From the NCBI GenBank assembly GCA_964016885.1, contig OZ024744.1, positions 123,752,001 to 123,816,000 on the forward strand: a DNA stretch of 64,000 bases, given 5' to 3'. Position 1 is the first letter of the stretch; each line of letters opens with the position of its first letter. The stretch is from Eledone cirrhosa (lineage: Eukaryota). The position numbers and the translations under genes were made by a program. The notes beneath the pieces are model-generated. The model was not told the DNA's origin. It saw only the letters and a list, made by a program, of their open reading frames with translations, and made no database searches. Shown here one piece after another: positions 62,101-64,000 of the stretch.

Positions 62101-62528
62101 GTGTAGGGGCATATTGTCTCACTACCAAGTAACATTGCTGTTCGTATACACGCATCATAGAGCCTTCATGTGACAATTTTCATTAGACATTATAAAACAT
62201 TATACATGACAAAAACGAACATTACTAGAAATCTCATGTTATAAAATAAATAGCATGGATTGGGGTCTCAATATGTAAACTAAATGACTAATTCTGGTTT
62301 AAAAAATAAAAAACAATTGAAAACAACCTAAAAAAATTACTCATTTTCCAATACCCCCTCTGCTTATTTTAACAACCTTGCTTATTCGCCCCTTCCCATT
62401 TATTCTCCCCTCCCCCTATTATATGGGACCCAAAGGTAGATTTTGTAAAATATCTCAAAGTTTCTGACATAAAATTATAAGAGTAAAGTTTTTTTACATA
62501 AATGTAAACAGTTTAATATAAACTGTTC

Positions 62529-62857
62529 TCATTTCATTTCATTTTATGTCCGCTTTTCCCTGCTTGCAAGGGTGGGACGGGAACTGATTCTGGCTTGATT
62601 TCTACAGCTGGATGCCCTTCCTAACACCAACCTCATTTACAGTGAGTGCTGGGGGCTTTTTTGCCGTGGCACCTCCACGTCCACTTTACAGTGGAATGAT
62701 AGGGACCCCAGTCCTATCATCTCATTTCTACAGCTGAGTAAACTGGAGCAATGTGAAATAAAGTGTCTTGCTTAAGGAAACAACACATCACCCGGTCTGA
62801 GAATTGAACTCACAACCTTTTGATTGCAAGGCTCTAACCACTAAGCCATGTGCCTCC
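62529..62857 (-). mobile_element. tRNA-derived CORE-type SINE
   Basis: Reverse complement of the SINE family at 53243 and 63086. Confidence 0.88.
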
Positions 62858-63085
62858 ATATTCTGTCTTGTGAAATTAGGTGTGGTGTGAGGTATTTGGT
62901 GTGAGGTGTTTGGTATGACAGGTGTAATGGTATGACAGATATGGTGTGAGGTGGTTTGGTATGACAGGTGTAATGGTATGACAGATATGGTGTGAGGTGG
63001 TTTGGTATGACAGGTGTAAAAGTCATGTAATTAAAACAGTATCGAAGAATCTGAATTACATATATATACCTATATATATACCTAT

Positions 63086-63426
63086 GGAGGCACATGGCTT
63101 AGTGGTTAGAGGCATTGGCCTTGCAATCGAAAGGTTGTGAGTTCAATTCACAGACCGAGTGATGTGTTGTTTCCTTGAGCAAGACACTTTATTTCACATT
63201 GCTCCAGTTTACTCAGCTGTAGAAATGAGATGATAGGGACTGGGGTCCCTATCATTCCACTACAAAGTGGTCGTGAAGGTGCCACGGCAAAAAAGCACCC
63301 AGCCCACACAGTAAATGAGGTTGGTGTTAGGAAGGGCATCCAGCTGTAGAAATCAAGCCAGAATCAGTTCCTGTCCCACCCTTGCAAGCAGGGAAAAGCA
63401 GACGTAAAATGATGATGATGATGATA
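63086..63426 (+). mobile_element. tRNA-derived CORE-type SINE
   Basis: A and B boxes, CORE-like body, RTE tail and (GAT)n. Confidence 0.88.
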
Positions 63427-63817
63427 ACTATGTCGGAGCTCATAAAATTTAGTCCTACTTTCAAGCTGAGACAACTTACACAGCTCCATATGCAAATGAG
63501 GCTAATCAGCCCATCTATACAGGTGAAAAAACTATATTTTCACCTGTTTCAAGTACCATCAGTGAGCAGGGGAACCACTGTCCTGATGATGGCAACAGCC
63601 TGAAATGTACATTGATAGTTGTCCCCCACTGCTTCTGCTGGAATCCACTAGATGGCGTTAGTCATCAAGCTTTTCAATACTCACAACTAGAAGGCTTTCC
63701 AAGTGTTTATTAACTTAAACATACCATATATCATTAGACATATAAAAATTCACATACTTGTATCTATAAAGATTTGTCAGAGCTAAAACAATGTAGTTGT
63801 TGTTATTTATATTTCAG

Positions 63818-63919
63818 CTTGATTGGCAATTACGGGCATCATTTTTCGAGAATGTTGTTGGTGTTGCTGCTTATGTAGGCTGGCAAAGTTCATGTGTTTT
63901 GAAACCACTCATACAACAG
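63818..63919 (+). CDS. PIK3R4: PIK3R4/VPS15 internal exon
   Basis: tttcag acceptor and gtaagt donor. [34 protein letters not shown] matches VPS15 '[33 protein letters not shown]'. Confidence 0.96.
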
Positions 63920-64000
63920 GTAAGTCACAGTGAAAGATTGAATTCCAATTACCATTCTTTCTAGTTGAACTGCACCTGACCAACTGAACTAATTGGACAT

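Overview
Eukaryotic, very AT-rich animal genomic DNA, most likely an octopus-like coleoid cephalopod (inferred from CORE-type tRNA SINEs with RTE tails, RTE LINEs and very long (TA)n arrays). The only host gene recognised is PIK3R4/VPS15 on the + strand: five in-phase HEAT-repeat exons between 49219 and 63919. The preceding ~49 kb is probably one large intron, since no upstream exon was found. It consists of kb-scale (TA)n/(TATG)n arrays carrying RTE and CR1/L2-group LINEs, four Penelope-like (PLE) GIY-YIG fragments and many fold-back PLE pseudo-LTRs. These repeats hold roughly 30 type I hammerhead ribozyme motifs from about 8 families, identified by hand. They include a tandem 577-nt retrozyme-like pair, ambisense pairs and a recurrent CAGAAGA core variant. 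The most striking signal is a 109-bp inverted repeat (3818-4112) whose arms differ almost only by G.U-forming changes. Reverting these as A-to-G edits rebuilds a canonical hammerhead, which suggests a retro-inserted fossil of ADAR-hyperedited RNA. The 3' part also contains non-autonomous Helitrons, a CRE fragment, SINEs and minisatellites. The YI/MY-rich ORFs are microsatellite artefacts.
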